DNA of 63,230 bases, filler included, from a bacterium (GTDB lineage: Bacteria; UBP18; UBA7526): the NCBI GenBank assembly GCA_030615855.1. It is 6 parts of 6 records of this genome, joined end to end, with 100 filler letters (N's around TTAATTAATTAA, not from the genome) between each part and the next. Parts side by side here need not be neighbours in the genome. Positions count along the whole stretch, not along the records: positions 14,500 to 35,657 come from JAUWYL010000001.1; positions 35,758 to 42,952 come from JAUWYL010000036.1; positions 43,053 to 47,755 come from JAUWYL010000041.1; 3 more parts are not named here. The stretch is one strand, 5' to 3'. The position numbers and the translations under genes were made by a program. This document shows, piece after piece, positions 30,499 to 44,275 of this stretch (within the stretch, counting starts at the first letter, position 1; every line of letters begins with the position of its first letter). Under the pieces are notes generated by a model. It did no database searches, was not told the DNA's origin, and saw nothing but the letters and a program-made list of their open reading frames with translations.

Positions 30499-32459
30499 TA
30501 GAATTAAAAAACGTAACCAAGACCTATCAGATGGGCAAGGTAGAAGTACATGCCTTACGTGGCCTGTCCCTGAAGATTGCCCCCGGAGAGTTCATTGCCA
30601 TTATTGGACCTTCTGGCTCAGGAAAGTCAACCCTTCTTCATATATTAGGTTTTTTAGACCGACCGGATTCCGGCACCTATCAATTAGGCAAAAGTGAAAT
30701 AACTAAACTGGGAGACGAAGAATTAGCCATTTTAAGGAACCGCTTGGTCGGCTTTGTCTTTCAACAGTTTTACCTTCTTCCTCGAATAAATGCTTTGGAG
30801 AACGCAGAGCTTCCCCTAATCTATGCTGGCAAGCACCGCTTAAAGGAGAAAGCTCAAGATGCCATTGAAGAGGTTGGTCTTACGCCGCGGGCAACTCATC
30901 GGCCGAATGAACTATCCGGAGGCGAACAACAGCGAGTAACCATCGCCCGGGCTTTAGTGAATGAACCGTTGATTATCTTGGCCGATGAGCCAACCGGGAA
31001 TCTGGATACCAGGAGTGAAGAGGAGATTATTTCAATTTTAAAAAGTTTGAATGAGAAGGGTAAAACCATTGTTATGGTAACTCACGAAAAAGAAATTGCC
31101 GCCCATGCTAAAAGGATCATCCAGATGCGCGATGGTCAAATTGTCTCTGACGAAAGAGTTGAAGGCGAAACCGAAAAACACCCCTTAACTGCCATGAGTA
31201 TCTCCATAGATGACGTTTTATCTGAAACGCGCCTCTCTGTAGGGAGGGCCGAATTTGTAGATCATCTCCGTCAAGCGGTGCATGCTATTGTTTCACACAA
31301 GATGCGTTCTATTCTTTCTATTCTGGGCATCCTTATCGGTGTTGGGGCAGTAATTACTATGCTTGCCTTAGGGGAGGGAGCAAAGGAATCCATATCACAA
31401 AGATTAGCTTCCTTAGGGTCAAACCTCTTAATAGTAAGGCCTGGTTCACGGCGGGTGCATGGCGTGGCATTAGAAGCAGGCACTATTACTCGTTTTACCC
31501 TGCAGGATGCAGAGGCACTAGCCCGGCTTCCCCAGGTGAGGAGAGTTTCACCCTCGGTTAGGGGCAGAGGCCAGATCGTCTATGCTAATAAGAACTGGAA
31601 TACCCGGGTTTATGGCACGGGAGTGGATTATGCTCCCATGCGCGCTGCTATTCCCATTGTGGGGAGGTTCTTTACAGAGAATGAATTAAGAATGCGGAAA
31701 AAGATAGTTCTGCTTGGCACCACCATAGTCAGAGAGCTCTTTGGAGATGAAAATCCAATTGGCGCCACCATTAAAATAAACCGCATAAATTTCCGGGTAT
31801 TAGGAATTTTACCGGAAAAAGGCGCTTCTCACTGGCGTGATTCTGATGATATAGTCATTATCCCGGTTACTACTGCCATGTATAGACTTTTAGGAAAAGA
31901 CTATGTAGATTCTATCGATGTAGAGGTAAGAGACCCGGCACTAATGGAAGAAGCGCAAGTATCAATACGTGAACTTATTGTTAAGCGTCATCATATTGCC
32001 AATCAAGAACAAGAGACCTTCCAGATACGCAATATGTCCGAGATCCAGGAGATGGTAGAAAGTACCACCAGGACTATGACCTGGCTCCTGGGCTCCATTG
32101 CCGCAGTCTCCCTCTTGGTGGGAGGAATTGGCATTATGAATATTATGCTGGTCTCGGTTACGGAACGTACCAGAGAGATTGGCCTGCGCAAGGCAGTCGG
32201 TGCCCGTCGCCAGGATATTATGACCCAGTTCCTTATCGAGTCTGTGGTCATGACCTTTATCGGCGGATTAGCGGGTATCATCTTTGGCACAGGTATTGCC
32301 GCGCTCTTGACCACCTTCGCTGATTGGACCACTAAAGTCTCTCCCTTCTCTATAGTTCTGGCTACCGGCTTTTCTGTTGCGGCGGGGATAGGTTTTGGAC
32401 TCTGGCCTGCTCGTCAGGCAGCCCGTCTGGACCCCATAGAGGCTTTGAGATATGAGTAA
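30495..32459 (+). CDS. macB: MacB-type ABC transporter (ATPase plus permease)
   Basis: [46 protein letters not shown]. Confidence 0.9.
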   Translation: MIELKNVTKTYQMGKVEVHALRGLSLKIAPGEFIAIIGPSGSGKSTLLHILGFLDRPDSGTYQLGKSEITKLGDEELAILRNRLVGFVFQQFYLLPRINALENAELPLIYAGKHRLKEKAQDAIEEVGLTPRATHRPNELSGGEQQRVTIARALVNEPLIILADEPTGNLDTRSEEEIISILKSLNEKGKTIVMVTHEKEIAAHAKRIIQMRDGQIVSDERVEGETEKHPLTAMSISIDDVLSETRLSVGRAEFVDHLRQAVHAIVSHKMRSILSILGILIGVGAVITMLALGEGAKESISQRLASLGSNLLIVRPGSRRVHGVALEAGTITRFTLQDAEALARLPQVRRVSPSVRGRGQIVYANKNWNTRVYGTGVDYAPMRAAIPIVGRFFTENELRMRKKIVLLGTTIVRELFGDENPIGATIKINRINFRVLGILPEKGASHWRDSDDIVIIPVTTAMYRLLGKDYVDSIDVEVRDPALMEEAQVSIRELIVKRHHIANQEQETFQIRNMSEIQEMVESTTRTMTWLLGSIAAVSLLVGGIGIMNIMLVSVTERTREIGLRKAVGARRQDIMTQFLIESVVMTFIGGLAGIIFGTGIAALLTTFADWTTKVSPFSIVLATGFSVAAGIGFGLWPARQAARLDPIEALRYE

Positions 32460-32500
32460 TAGAGAAGTAAATATAATTGATAAAGAAAGGAGTGATGGAA

Positions 32501-33346
32501 ATGAATAATCTATGGAGAGCATTGGTATGTAGTATTGCAGGGACGATGCTTCTATCTTCAGTAGCCGTTGCCCAGCCTTTGGAGAGGAAGAGTGAGGTGC
32601 GGGAGGATATCCGTATCCTTAACCTCATCAATAACATCTACCTCACCAGGAACCAGATGCTGGCTCTGTTGACCAAGGCCCGGGAGGCCGAGATAAAGAA
32701 AAAAACCTTTACCACTCAGCTGGGAGAAATTACTGGTCATAGTGAACCCTCTCTTAAAGAGATGCGTGGAAAGTTAATGAGGACTGAGGAACTTCCCAAG
32801 TATCTCACCAGAGAGATAGGTTCCTCGCAGAAGAGACTTCACGATCTTAGAGATAAGTATGAAGAGGAAATGTTAAAGTTGGGCAAGGATGTTACTAAGA
32901 TACTGAATGAGAATCAGCTGGTAATGGTCGATGCCTATAAGCCCTGCATCATTCCCTATCGCGACCTTACTCATCCGGAAAGAGTGGGCCAGGCAGGAGC
33001 CGCGGTGGGAATGGAACGACTTCTGGAGAGAATACACGATATGCCTCAGACCATTTACCAGCAGAGGAAAGAGGGAATTCTGATGGGTGCGGCTGCCCGC
33101 CTGGAGAAGCATACTCATAAGGAAGTAGACGTTGGAAAAGAAAAGAAGCGCTTAGCTAAGATATTCGATGAGGCCAGGGCCCTCTCCGATCTGGAGTTTG
33201 ATTTGAAGAAAGCCGAATTGGCCCAGAAGATTCTGCCAGAGGAGAATAAAGTAAAGACGGAGAAACAGAGACTGAGGAAGGTCGCTCGCTTCTTCCTCTC
33301 TCCCAGAATCATTCCCGTTTTGGAAGAGAAGCTATCCCGAGAATAA
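32501..33346 (+). CDS. Exported hypothetical helical protein
   Basis: Signal peptide (AVA-Q); charged helical body. Confidence 0.7.
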   Translation: MNNLWRALVCSIAGTMLLSSVAVAQPLERKSEVREDIRILNLINNIYLTRNQMLALLTKAREAEIKKKTFTTQLGEITGHSEPSLKEMRGKLMRTEELPKYLTREIGSSQKRLHDLRDKYEEEMLKLGKDVTKILNENQLVMVDAYKPCIIPYRDLTHPERVGQAGAAVGMERLLERIHDMPQTIYQQRKEGILMGAAARLEKHTHKEVDVGKEKKRLAKIFDEARALSDLEFDLKKAELAQKILPEENKVKTEKQRLRKVARFFLSPRIIPVLEEKLSRE

Positions 33347-33428
33347 CTAGAAATATTAACATCAAATTTTTTAACTTTTCCTAAGTTAAAACAAGTTTTA
33401 CAAGGACAGATTTAAAGGATTGTAATCT

Positions 33429-34706
33429 ATGAAAGAGACTACGATGAAAAATAAGAGAAATTTAATTGGGTTATTAATAATAGCTGTGCTGATTATCAGT
33501 ATAGTCTTTATTAGTGGATGCAGGAAACAAGAACCACTAAACCCTACTGAAACCGGTTTTCTCCATGTGGAAGGTAAAAAAGTTGTTGACCAGGAGGGAA
33601 ATGAAGTTTTTCTCAGGGGATTTAATGTTCATGCAGGACCTCTTATTTTTGCAAGCTATAAGGATCTTTCTGAACGCCACGATATAGAGACAATAGACGC
33701 ATTCAATGACCAGAATTACAAGTACTATATGATCGAAGATGATATCAAGGACATGAAAGCTATGGGTGCCAATGTAATAAGGGCTCATAGTTATTTCAGC
33801 TTCTGGACATTAGAAACCGAGCCTTATGAATACGATGATGGATTTATTAAAACTATGGATGACTTTATAGATATGGCGTATCGAAATGGTATTTATGTGA
33901 TTATTGTTCTTACAGATGCGGGCGAAAGTGCCACAGGGATGAAACGAAACATAAAACACTATGGTGGTGATATATTGTGGTCTGATGAAGATTTTCGGCA
34001 AAGGGTTATTTCCGTATGGGGCTATCTTGCAAAGCATTATGCTGACAACCCTGGTGTTGCAGGCTATGACATCATCAACGAGCCCGGTCCGCCAACCAAA
34101 GAAGATTTTCATTCCTTTTACTCTGAGGTTATCAGTGAGATCAGAAAGGTAGATAAGAACCACACAATCATCTTGGATCATGGTTATTATAACCCAGATG
34201 TTGAGGTACGTTGGGGCGGAGAATACCAAGACAGCAATATAATGTTACAAGTTCATAAGTATGCTGATGCAAGTAGGAGAGGATACTATGATCCATCACA
34301 ATACGAGAGCAGGGAAAAGTTGGAAGAAGAACTTAAGTTATTACTTTCTTATGACGAGGTAAACAAGCGCCCAATATTTGTAGGTGAATTTTCTGCCTTG
34401 TGGAACTCTGGCGATAAAGGTCTTCAATGGACAAGAGATGTGATTAACCTTATGAACCAACATGGCATTCATTGGACATACTTCCCATACAAGAATGTTG
34501 GTGGTCGTAACAAACGTGGACTATATGTAGCAAAGGATTGGTGGCTGCGTGGTACCACAAAGCAGCAGAGAGAAAACCTCGAAATCACCAAACAACTGAG
34601 AGAAAGGCTTTTAACATCTAATTATAATACCTATCCTAAATTGAGACAGCTTTTAGAAGACGGATTTAGAAATAAAGGACATTCGGAAATCCGACAAACC
34701 CAATAA
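33429..34706 (+). CDS. Glycoside hydrolase family 5 lipoprotein
   Basis: Lipobox ISGC; FLRGFN, GANVIR, YDIINEP (acid/base), FVGEFS (nucleophile). Confidence 0.88.
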   Translation: MKETTMKNKRNLIGLLIIAVLIISIVFISGCRKQEPLNPTETGFLHVEGKKVVDQEGNEVFLRGFNVHAGPLIFASYKDLSERHDIETIDAFNDQNYKYYMIEDDIKDMKAMGANVIRAHSYFSFWTLETEPYEYDDGFIKTMDDFIDMAYRNGIYVIIVLTDAGESATGMKRNIKHYGGDILWSDEDFRQRVISVWGYLAKHYADNPGVAGYDIINEPGPPTKEDFHSFYSEVISEIRKVDKNHTIILDHGYYNPDVEVRWGGEYQDSNIMLQVHKYADASRRGYYDPSQYESREKLEEELKLLLSYDEVNKRPIFVGEFSALWNSGDKGLQWTRDVINLMNQHGIHWTYFPYKNVGGRNKRGLYVAKDWWLRGTTKQQRENLEITKQLRERLLTSNYNTYPKLRQLLEDGFRNKGHSEIRQTQ

Positions 34707-34928
34707 CCGGATACCTTAATTTGCAAAACTTGAGCACAAACTTATGTTAAACCCTCGTAAAATCTTACGGGGGTCTTTTTATTTGTATTTTTTCCCTGAA
34801 TATGATAAACTTAGTTTAGAAATTTGAATAAAGAAAGGAAAAGTTTTGAGGGAATTCAAAAAGGTCCTGAAGATTGAGCCTAGGATGCAAGAGGCGATGT
34901 TCGAACTTTTCAAAGAAGGAGTTGGGAA

Positions 34929-35639
34929 ATGAGAAAGAAAATATTCTTTGGTCTGCTTCTAATGGTGGTGACAGTCGGCTGCCAAGCTCAAGAGGAAGAA
35001 TTTACAAAAGCCAGAGAAGCGATGGTCAGGACTCAGATTGAAGCTCGGGGAATAAAAGACAAGAGGGTCTTAAAAGTAATGAGAAGGGTTCCCAGGCATA
35101 AGTTCGTTCTTCCTCTCTATCGAAGAGCAGCCTATAGTGATAGACCTCTTCCTATCGGTTATGGTCAGACCATCTCTCAGCCTTACATCGTTGCCTTGAT
35201 GACCGAATCTTTGAAACTAAAGGGGAACGAGAAAGTCCTTGAGATTGGAACTGGCTCTGGTTATCAGGCAGCCATTTTGGCAGAACTTGCCAAAGAGGTC
35301 TATACCATCGAGATTATTCCTGGATTGACAAAGAGAGCAGAGAAGACCTTAAAGAAATTAGGCTATGAGAATATCAAGGTAAAGTGCGGTGACGGTTACT
35401 TGGGCTGGCCAAAATATGCTTCCTTTGACGCTATAATTGTTACCTGTGCCCCAGACCATATTCCTCAGCCCTTGATAGACCAATTGGCAGAAGAGGGAAG
35501 GATGGTCATTCCTATTGCTGATACCTATCCCCAAAGACTGACCCTTATTCAGAAAAAGAAGGGCAAAATCGTCCAAGAAATTATTACCGGCTGCATGTTC
35601 GTTCCCATGACCGGCAAAGAAATAAACACACACAAATAG
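34929..35639 (+). CDS. pcm: Protein-L-isoaspartate O-methyltransferase
   Basis: VPRHKF, GQTISQPY, VLEIGTGSGYQAA, FVPMTG; N-terminal lipoprotein-like signal. Confidence 0.93.
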   Translation: MRKKIFFGLLLMVVTVGCQAQEEEFTKAREAMVRTQIEARGIKDKRVLKVMRRVPRHKFVLPLYRRAAYSDRPLPIGYGQTISQPYIVALMTESLKLKGNEKVLEIGTGSGYQAAILAELAKEVYTIEIIPGLTKRAEKTLKKLGYENIKVKCGDGYLGWPKYASFDAIIVTCAPDHIPQPLIDQLAEEGRMVIPIADTYPQRLTLIQKKKGKIVQEIITGCMFVPMTGKEINTHK

Positions 35640-35894
35640 TCAATAAAAATTGTTTGGNNNNNNNNNNNNNNNNNNNNNNNNNNNNNNNNNNNNNNNNNNN
35701 NTTAATTAATTAANNNNNNNNNNNNNNNNNNNNNNNNNNNNNNNNNNNNNNNNNNNNTATCAGAATGAGAATTCAGAATATCAGATTTCAGATTCAATCT
35801 GGCCCTCTGATAACTGACCCTCTCCATCTGGTGCTCTGGTAATCTGGTATTCTAATTACACTAGTCGCGCAACCCTTCAACGTATGCCGTAAGA

Positions 35895-36110
35895 CGGGGT
35901 GGATAAAGCTGTAAGTATCCTGGGGATAAACTGGGGATAGATAAGTGGTTGGGGAGAGGTTGTGGATAGTGGGGATAAGTAGACCGCACTTATTCCCAGA
36001 TTATCAAGAGGAGAATCTGAGACTTCTCCCTTAAAAGAAAAAAGTATCCCCATAATTAACAGACCATTATTATTCTTATTCTTTAATTAAGATAGAAAGA
36101 TAAGAAGAAA
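35895..36110. other. Putative oriC (DnaA-box cluster plus AT-rich tract) upstream of dnaN
   Basis: Box-like 9-mers at 35898, 35921, 35932, 35961, 35970, 35990 and 36044; tattattattcttattcttt tract near 36067-36090. Confidence 0.75.
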
Positions 36111-36123
36111 GGAAATAGGATTT

Positions 36124-37272
36124 ATGAAGATTAGTTGTTTTCAGGGAGATTTGATAAGGGGAATTCAGACCGTAGGAAGTGCTGTGGCGGCAAGAGCCAC
36201 TCTTCCCATCCTAACCAATATTCTATTGGAGGCAAAAAAGGAGAAGATAGAATTATCGGCCACTGACTTAGAGATTGGGATCAAGTGTAGCGTCCCGGCC
36301 CAGGTCAAGAAGGAGGGTGCCATTACCATCTCGGCCAAGAGGTTCTCTGATATCGTAAGGGAGTTGCCTGAAGGGCCAGTAGAGATGGAGACAGAGGATA
36401 GCCAGATGAAGATATCCTCTTCTGGAATATTCTTCAAAGTCCTGGGTCTTCCCGCAGAGGAGTTTCCCACCTTACCAAAGGTGGAGAGCGAAAATCGGTT
36501 CTCTTTGGACTCTCAGCTTTTAAGAGGGATGGTCCAGAAGACTATCTTCGCCAATTCCCGGGATGAAACAAGGTATATCCTGAACGGTAGTTACTTAGAG
36601 ATGGAGAAGGATAGGATAATCATGACCGCCACTGATGGTCACCGGTTGGCAACCATAAGCCACAGAATAGAGAAGGGGCCAAAGAAGAAGATAGGAGCCA
36701 TCATTCCCACAAAGGCATTGAATGAATTGAATAGACTATTGGAGGAGCCAAAGAAGGTTGAGGCCACAATTGGTGAGAATCAGATCTCCTTCTCTTTAGA
36801 CCTGCCCGCCGAAGCCCCTGCCTCGTCGGCAGACAGGTCGGCGCAGGCAGGTGGAATTATACTGAGTTCCAAACTCATCGAGGGTCAATTCCCGGACTAT
36901 AAGCAACTCATTCCAAAGAAGAGCGCCAAGAGACTTTCCATAAATAGGGAGAAGTTATTGAAAGGGGTGAGGAGGGCAGCCTTACTTGCCGATGCCCGAA
37001 CCGGAGCCGTGGAATTACTAGCCTATTCCAATAAACTCATCATAAGGTCCCAGACCCCCCAGGTGGGTGAGGCCCGGGAGGAGATGGACATCGATTATTC
37101 TGGAGAGGAGATCAGGACGGCATATAATGCCCGATATATTCTGGATATTTTACGAAATATATCCTCAGAAGAGGTCACCTTAGAATTGAATGAACCTTTG
37201 AGTCCAGGAGTAATCAGACCAGTAAGTGAAGAGGATTATCTCTGCGTCATCATGCCCATGAGAATCACTTAA
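36124..37272 (+). CDS. dnaN: DNA polymerase III beta clamp
   Basis: LSATDLE, DETRYILNG, ATDGHRL, LIEGQFPDY, IMPMR. Confidence 0.97.
   Translation: MKISCFQGDLIRGIQTVGSAVAARATLPILTNILLEAKKEKIELSATDLEIGIKCSVPAQVKKEGAITISAKRFSDIVRELPEGPVEMETEDSQMKISSSGIFFKVLGLPAEEFPTLPKVESENRFSLDSQLLRGMVQKTIFANSRDETRYILNGSYLEMEKDRIIMTATDGHRLATISHRIEKGPKKKIGAIIPTKALNELNRLLEEPKKVEATIGENQISFSLDLPAEAPASSADRSAQAGGIILSSKLIEGQFPDYKQLIPKKSAKRLSINREKLLKGVRRAALLADARTGAVELLAYSNKLIIRSQTPQVGEAREEMDIDYSGEEIRTAYNARYILDILRNISSEEVTLELNEPLSPGVIRPVSEEDYLCVIMPMRIT
36801..36851. repeat. In-frame 51-nt nested palindrome in dnaN
   Basis: cctgcccgccgaagcc[cctgcctcgtcggcagacagg]tcggcgcaggcagg; outer 30-mer resembles 46169-46198. Confidence 0.9.
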
Positions 37273-37386
37273 CAGTGAACAAGTAACAATGAACAATGAA
37301 CAAGTAACAGTGAACAATGAACAATTTAATTGCTACTTACTACTTATTCCTTACTACTTATTACTTCCGAGTGAAGCGAGGACTGG

Positions 37387-37869
37387 ATGAGGCCCCGGAG
37401 AATTAAGAGAATCCTGAATGCTATTCTGCGTAAGTTAGGGCTGGAGAAGAGAATCAAGGAGTATGCCATTCTATCCTTCTGGAATGATGCAGTAGGGGAG
37501 AGTATCGCTCTCCATACTAAGCCCATTAAGGTCTATGATGGTAGGATGACTGTCCTTGTGGAGAGCTCCTCCTGGACTCAGGAGCTTACCTTTTTGAAGA
37601 GTGGAATAATGGAAAGACTGAATAGCACCATTGGGAAAGAGGTCATTAAGGATATCTACTTTAAAATAGGAGAGATAAAAAAGTCTTTTCCAGAAGAGAA
37701 GAAAGAAAAGGCAATAGATTTAGAAAGCGTAAAGTTAGATAAGGGAAAGAGAAGAAAGATAGAAGAGAGTTTAAAGAAGATAGAGGACCCTGAGATAAAG
37801 AAAATACTAAAGAATTTTCTCACTAAAGAAGCAAAGTATGAGACTATTAGGGACGAGAAGAGAGAATAA
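37387..37869 (+). CDS. DUF721/DciA family protein
   Basis: WNDAVGESIA.HT.P...SSSWTQEL...LN; between dnaN and gyrB. Confidence 0.8.
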   Translation: MRPRRIKRILNAILRKLGLEKRIKEYAILSFWNDAVGESIALHTKPIKVYDGRMTVLVESSSWTQELTFLKSGIMERLNSTIGKEVIKDIYFKIGEIKKSFPEEKKEKAIDLESVKLDKGKRRKIEESLKKIEDPEIKKILKNFLTKEAKYETIRDEKRE

Positions 37870-38073
37870 CGGTTACTACGTCCCGATATATCGGGACTGT
37901 TACTATTGGTTACTACGCTTCGCTGTTACTAACGGTTGCTTTTATCCCGACCCCTTAAAAAGGGGCGGGGCAAGGTTCTTCGCCGAAGGCGGAGGCACCC
38001 TTATACTAATCACCGGTAACCATTCGTAACTGTTAGTAACCTTTACTAAAGAGTGGCCCAGGAAGAAAGGTAG

Positions 38074-40563
<2,490 letters not shown>

Positions 40564-40699
40564 GCGCAGATTAACGCAGATCAAAACGCAGATGATCGCA
40601 GATAACAACACGGATAGACACGGATATCAGACATCAGAAGTTAGATAGTTCTATTGTCTTATGGTCGTATGGTCTAAATAAAGAAAAGGAGGATAGAAA

Positions 40700-41275
40700 A
40701 TGAAGCGATGTCTCATTAGTTTACTAGCGGTTAGTATTGCAGTAGTTTTTCTTACGGGCGAAACAGTGAGGAGCAAGACTAAAGATGAATTAGGTATAGT
40801 CATTGATAGAATAGTGAAAGTACTAAAGTATGGTAGCATGAGTGAAAAACCAGATGCTGCTATAGCATTAGGAATGATTGGTGATCCGAGGGCCATAGAG
40901 CCTTTATTCGAATATTTGAAATATAGTAAGAACGATCACCTACGAACTGAGATAGTGAAGGCGTTGGGAAGGATTGGCGATAAAAAAGCGACTCCAGCAT
41001 TAATTGAGGCCCTTTTAAATGATAGTTATCGCCATACGCGTTGTGAGGCAGCAAGAGCTTTAGGAGAGATAGGCGATAAAAGAGCTATCCCTGCCTTAGA
41101 AAAGGCTTTAAAAGACGAGTATTATCATACTCGTTGGCGAGCTGCAAAAGCTTTGAAGAAACTTACGGGTAAGGATTATACCTATGAAGGATCCAAAGAA
41201 ACTCCTTTAAAAGAAGTTGAAGAGATGATGAAAGAGATCAAAGAAATGGAGAAAGCACTTCCAAAACAGAAGTAG
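40700..41275 (+). CDS. Exported HEAT/PBS-lyase repeat protein
   Basis: Repeats ALG.IGD.RA.P.L..AL; N-terminal signal; AT-rich. Confidence 0.88.
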   Translation: MKRCLISLLAVSIAVVFLTGETVRSKTKDELGIVIDRIVKVLKYGSMSEKPDAAIALGMIGDPRAIEPLFEYLKYSKNDHLRTEIVKALGRIGDKKATPALIEALLNDSYRHTRCEAARALGEIGDKRAIPALEKALKDEYYHTRWRAAKALKKLTGKDYTYEGSKETPLKEVEEMMKEIKEMEKALPKQK

Positions 41276-41314
41276 TAAAGATATTGTTTTTGCCCAGGAG
41301 GAAAGGATTAGGAG

Positions 41315-42952
41315 ATGGTAGAGATTAAAGAGAAGATTATTCCCATCTATATTGAAGATGAGATGAAGGATGCCTATATCGATTACGCCATGAGCGTCAT
41401 CATCGGGAGGGCATTACCGGATGTAAGAGATGGATTAAAACCCGTGCATAGAAGGATTCTCTATGCCATGCATCAGATGGGATCAACCCATAATAAGCCC
41501 TATCGAAAATCGGCCCGCATCGTGGGTGAAACATTGGGGAAGTTCCATCCTCACGGGGATGCTGCGATCTACGATACCCTGACCAGGATGGTCCAGGACT
41601 TCTCCCTGAGACACCCCTTAATCGATGGTCAGGGTAACTTCGGTTCTCTGGATGGTGATGAGCCAGCGGCCATGAGATATACTGAGGTTAGATTAGGACC
41701 CTTAGCTGAGGAGTTGTTGAGGGATATTGAGAAGGAGACGGTGAACTTCGGTCCCAACTTCGATGGCTCTCTCCAAGAGCCCTATATTCTGCCTTCTGCC
41801 ATACCAAACCTCTTAGTCAACGGCTCTTCGGGAATTGCGGTAGGCATGGCCACCAATATCCCTCCCCATAATTTAGAAGAGGTGGTGGATGGCACAATCG
41901 CGGTCATAGATGATCCAGAGATTGAGGTGGAGAAGTTAATCCCCGTTATTAAGGGACCAGACTTCCCTACCGGGGCCCTAATCTGTGGAAGGAGTGGAAT
42001 AAATGAAGCATATACCACAGGAAGAGGACATATTACCCTAAGGGCCAGGGTGGATATTGAGAAGCATAAGGGAGGAAGGGAGTATCTCATAGTAAAAGAG
42101 ATACCCTTCCAGGTGAATAAGGCAAGGTTAGTGGAGTCCATCGCTAATTTAGTTAGGGCCAAGAAGATTGAGGGGATAGCGGACTTAAGGGATGAGTCGG
42201 ATAGGAAAGGAATGAGGGTTGTCATTGAATTGAAGAGGGGCGAAATCGCTCAGGTTATCCTGAATCAATTATTCAAGCATACTCAATTGCAGACTACCTT
42301 CGGGGTGATCATGCTCGCTCTGGTTAATAACCGCCCTCGGGTCTTAAACCTTAAGCAAGTAATCGTCCACTACGTTGAACATAGAAGAAGAGTGACGGTA
42401 AAGAGGATAGAGTATGAGTTAAGAAAGGCCTCTTTGCGGGCCCATATCTTAGAGGGCCTGCGTATTGCCATCGCTAACTTGGATAAGACGATAAAGATCA
42501 TCAGGACCTCCAAGTCTGTGGAAGAGGCAAGAGAGAAGTTAATCAAGGCCTTTGAGTTAAGTGAGGAACAGGCCCAGGCCATCCTAGATATGAAGTTGCA
42601 GCGCCTGACTGGACTGGAGAGAGAGAAGTTAGACCTGGAGTATAAGGAATTAGAGAAGAGGATAAAGGAGTATAAAACAATCTTAAAAGATCCCCAGAAA
42701 GTCCTGGATATTATTAGTGAAGATTTATTGGCTATTAAGAAGAAGTACGGGGATAAAAGAAGGACTCAGATTACCAAGGCCGCGGTGGAGGAGTTCCGGG
42801 TAGAGGACTTAATCGCTGAGGAGGATGTGGCCATTACCGTTTCCCATACTGGTTACATAAAGAGAATCCCGGTCTCCATCTATCGCGTGCAAAGGAGAGG
42901 TGGAAGAGGGGTCACGGGAATGGGGACCAAGGAGGAGGATTTCATAGAGCAT
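41315..42952 (+). CDS. gyrA: DNA gyrase subunit A (cut by contig end)
   Basis: RALPDVRDGLKPVHRR, HPHGD, AAMRYTE, GyrA box QRRGGRG. Confidence 0.98.
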
Positions 42953-43052
42953 NNNNNNNNNNNNNNNNNNNNNNNNNNNNNNNNNNNNNNNNNNNNTTAA
43001 TTAATTAANNNNNNNNNNNNNNNNNNNNNNNNNNNNNNNNNNNNNNNNNNNN

Positions 43053-43978
43053 GCCTGAACGATCTTTTCTTTGGGGAATGGCCGGAAGAACCTTGGTTTC
43101 AATAGACCAACTTTCTTACCTTGTGCCCGCAACTCATCCACCACCGCTTTAGTTGTTCCCGCGGTAGAGCTTAAGGCCACGATAGCCACTTCAGCATCAT
43201 CCAGCTTATAGGTTTCAATAAAGTCGTATTCAATGCCAAAATGCCTTTTAAATTCGGCGAAGACTTCCGGGATGGCTTTCAAAGAATTCTTGATGGCCTC
43301 TGACTGCTGGCGCTTATGCTCAAAATAATAATCCTGCAAATCCAGTGGCCCATAGGTAACCGGGTTGTCCACATCCAAAAGTGAATGGCGGATCTTGTAC
43401 TCACCGATAAAATCCTTCACCTGTTTATCGTCGTAAACCTTTACCCCTTCCACAGCGTGAGAAGTAATGAAGCCGTCCTGACAGACCATTACCGGAAGCA
43501 AAATATCTTTATGCTCGGCAATCCTTACCGCCATAATGATATTTTCGTAAACCTCTTGGTTATTCTCGCAGTAAATCTGAAGCCACCCGGAATCTCTTGC
43601 CCCCATTGAGTCTGAATGGTCGCAGTGGATATTTATTGGCGCAGAAAGCGCCCGATTGACCACGGGCATCACAATGGGAAGCCTGGTGGAGGCAGCAATA
43701 TAGACTATCTCCCACATAAGAGCTAAACCATTCGCTGAGGTAGCGGTCATGGTGCGCGCGCCAGATGCGGCAGCACCCACACAGGCGCTCATAGCACTGT
43801 GTTCCGACTCCACGGGAATCATCTCGGTCTGCACGCGGCCATCAGCCACAAACTGGGCAAAGGTCATTACAATCTCTGTCTGGGGGGTAATGGGATAGGC
43901 GGCCAGTACATCCGGTTCAATCTGGCGCATGGCCTCCGCTGCTGCCTGGTCCCCCATTAACGCTATTACTTTACTCAT
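43053..43978 (-). CDS. porA: Pyruvate/2-oxoacid:ferredoxin oxidoreductase alpha (cut by contig end)
   Basis: AYPITPQT, ESEHSAMS, TATSANGL, DGFITSH. Confidence 0.9.
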
Positions 43979-43999
43979 CTCACTCTCCTAATTCGGGTC

Positions 44000-44275
44000 T
44001 TATTCTTTCTCCATCTTGATACATTTCACCGGACAGACTGCTGCACAAATTCCATCACCCTTACAATGATCATAATCAAAACCCACCATTTTTTTATCTT
44101 TTACCAGAATAGAAGAATCCGGGCAATATATCCAGCATAATAAGCAATGGGTGCATTTCTTCTCATCGCGTACCGGCTTAAAAGTGCGCCAATCGCCGGT
44201 CTTATATTCTGCGGCACTGCCCGCCTTATCAATCACTCCGCCAATAGGAATCTCTTTCCAGCCTTTTTCTCTCAT
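44000..44275 (-). CDS. porD: Oxidoreductase delta subunit (ferredoxin-like)
   Basis: KTGDWRTFKP, CTHCLLCWIYCP, CKGDGICAAVCP. Confidence 0.9.
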   Translation of the reverse strand: MREKGWKEIPIGGVIDKAGSAAEYKTGDWRTFKPVRDEKKCTHCLLCWIYCPDSSILVKDKKMVGFDYDHCKGDGICAAVCPVKCIKMEKE

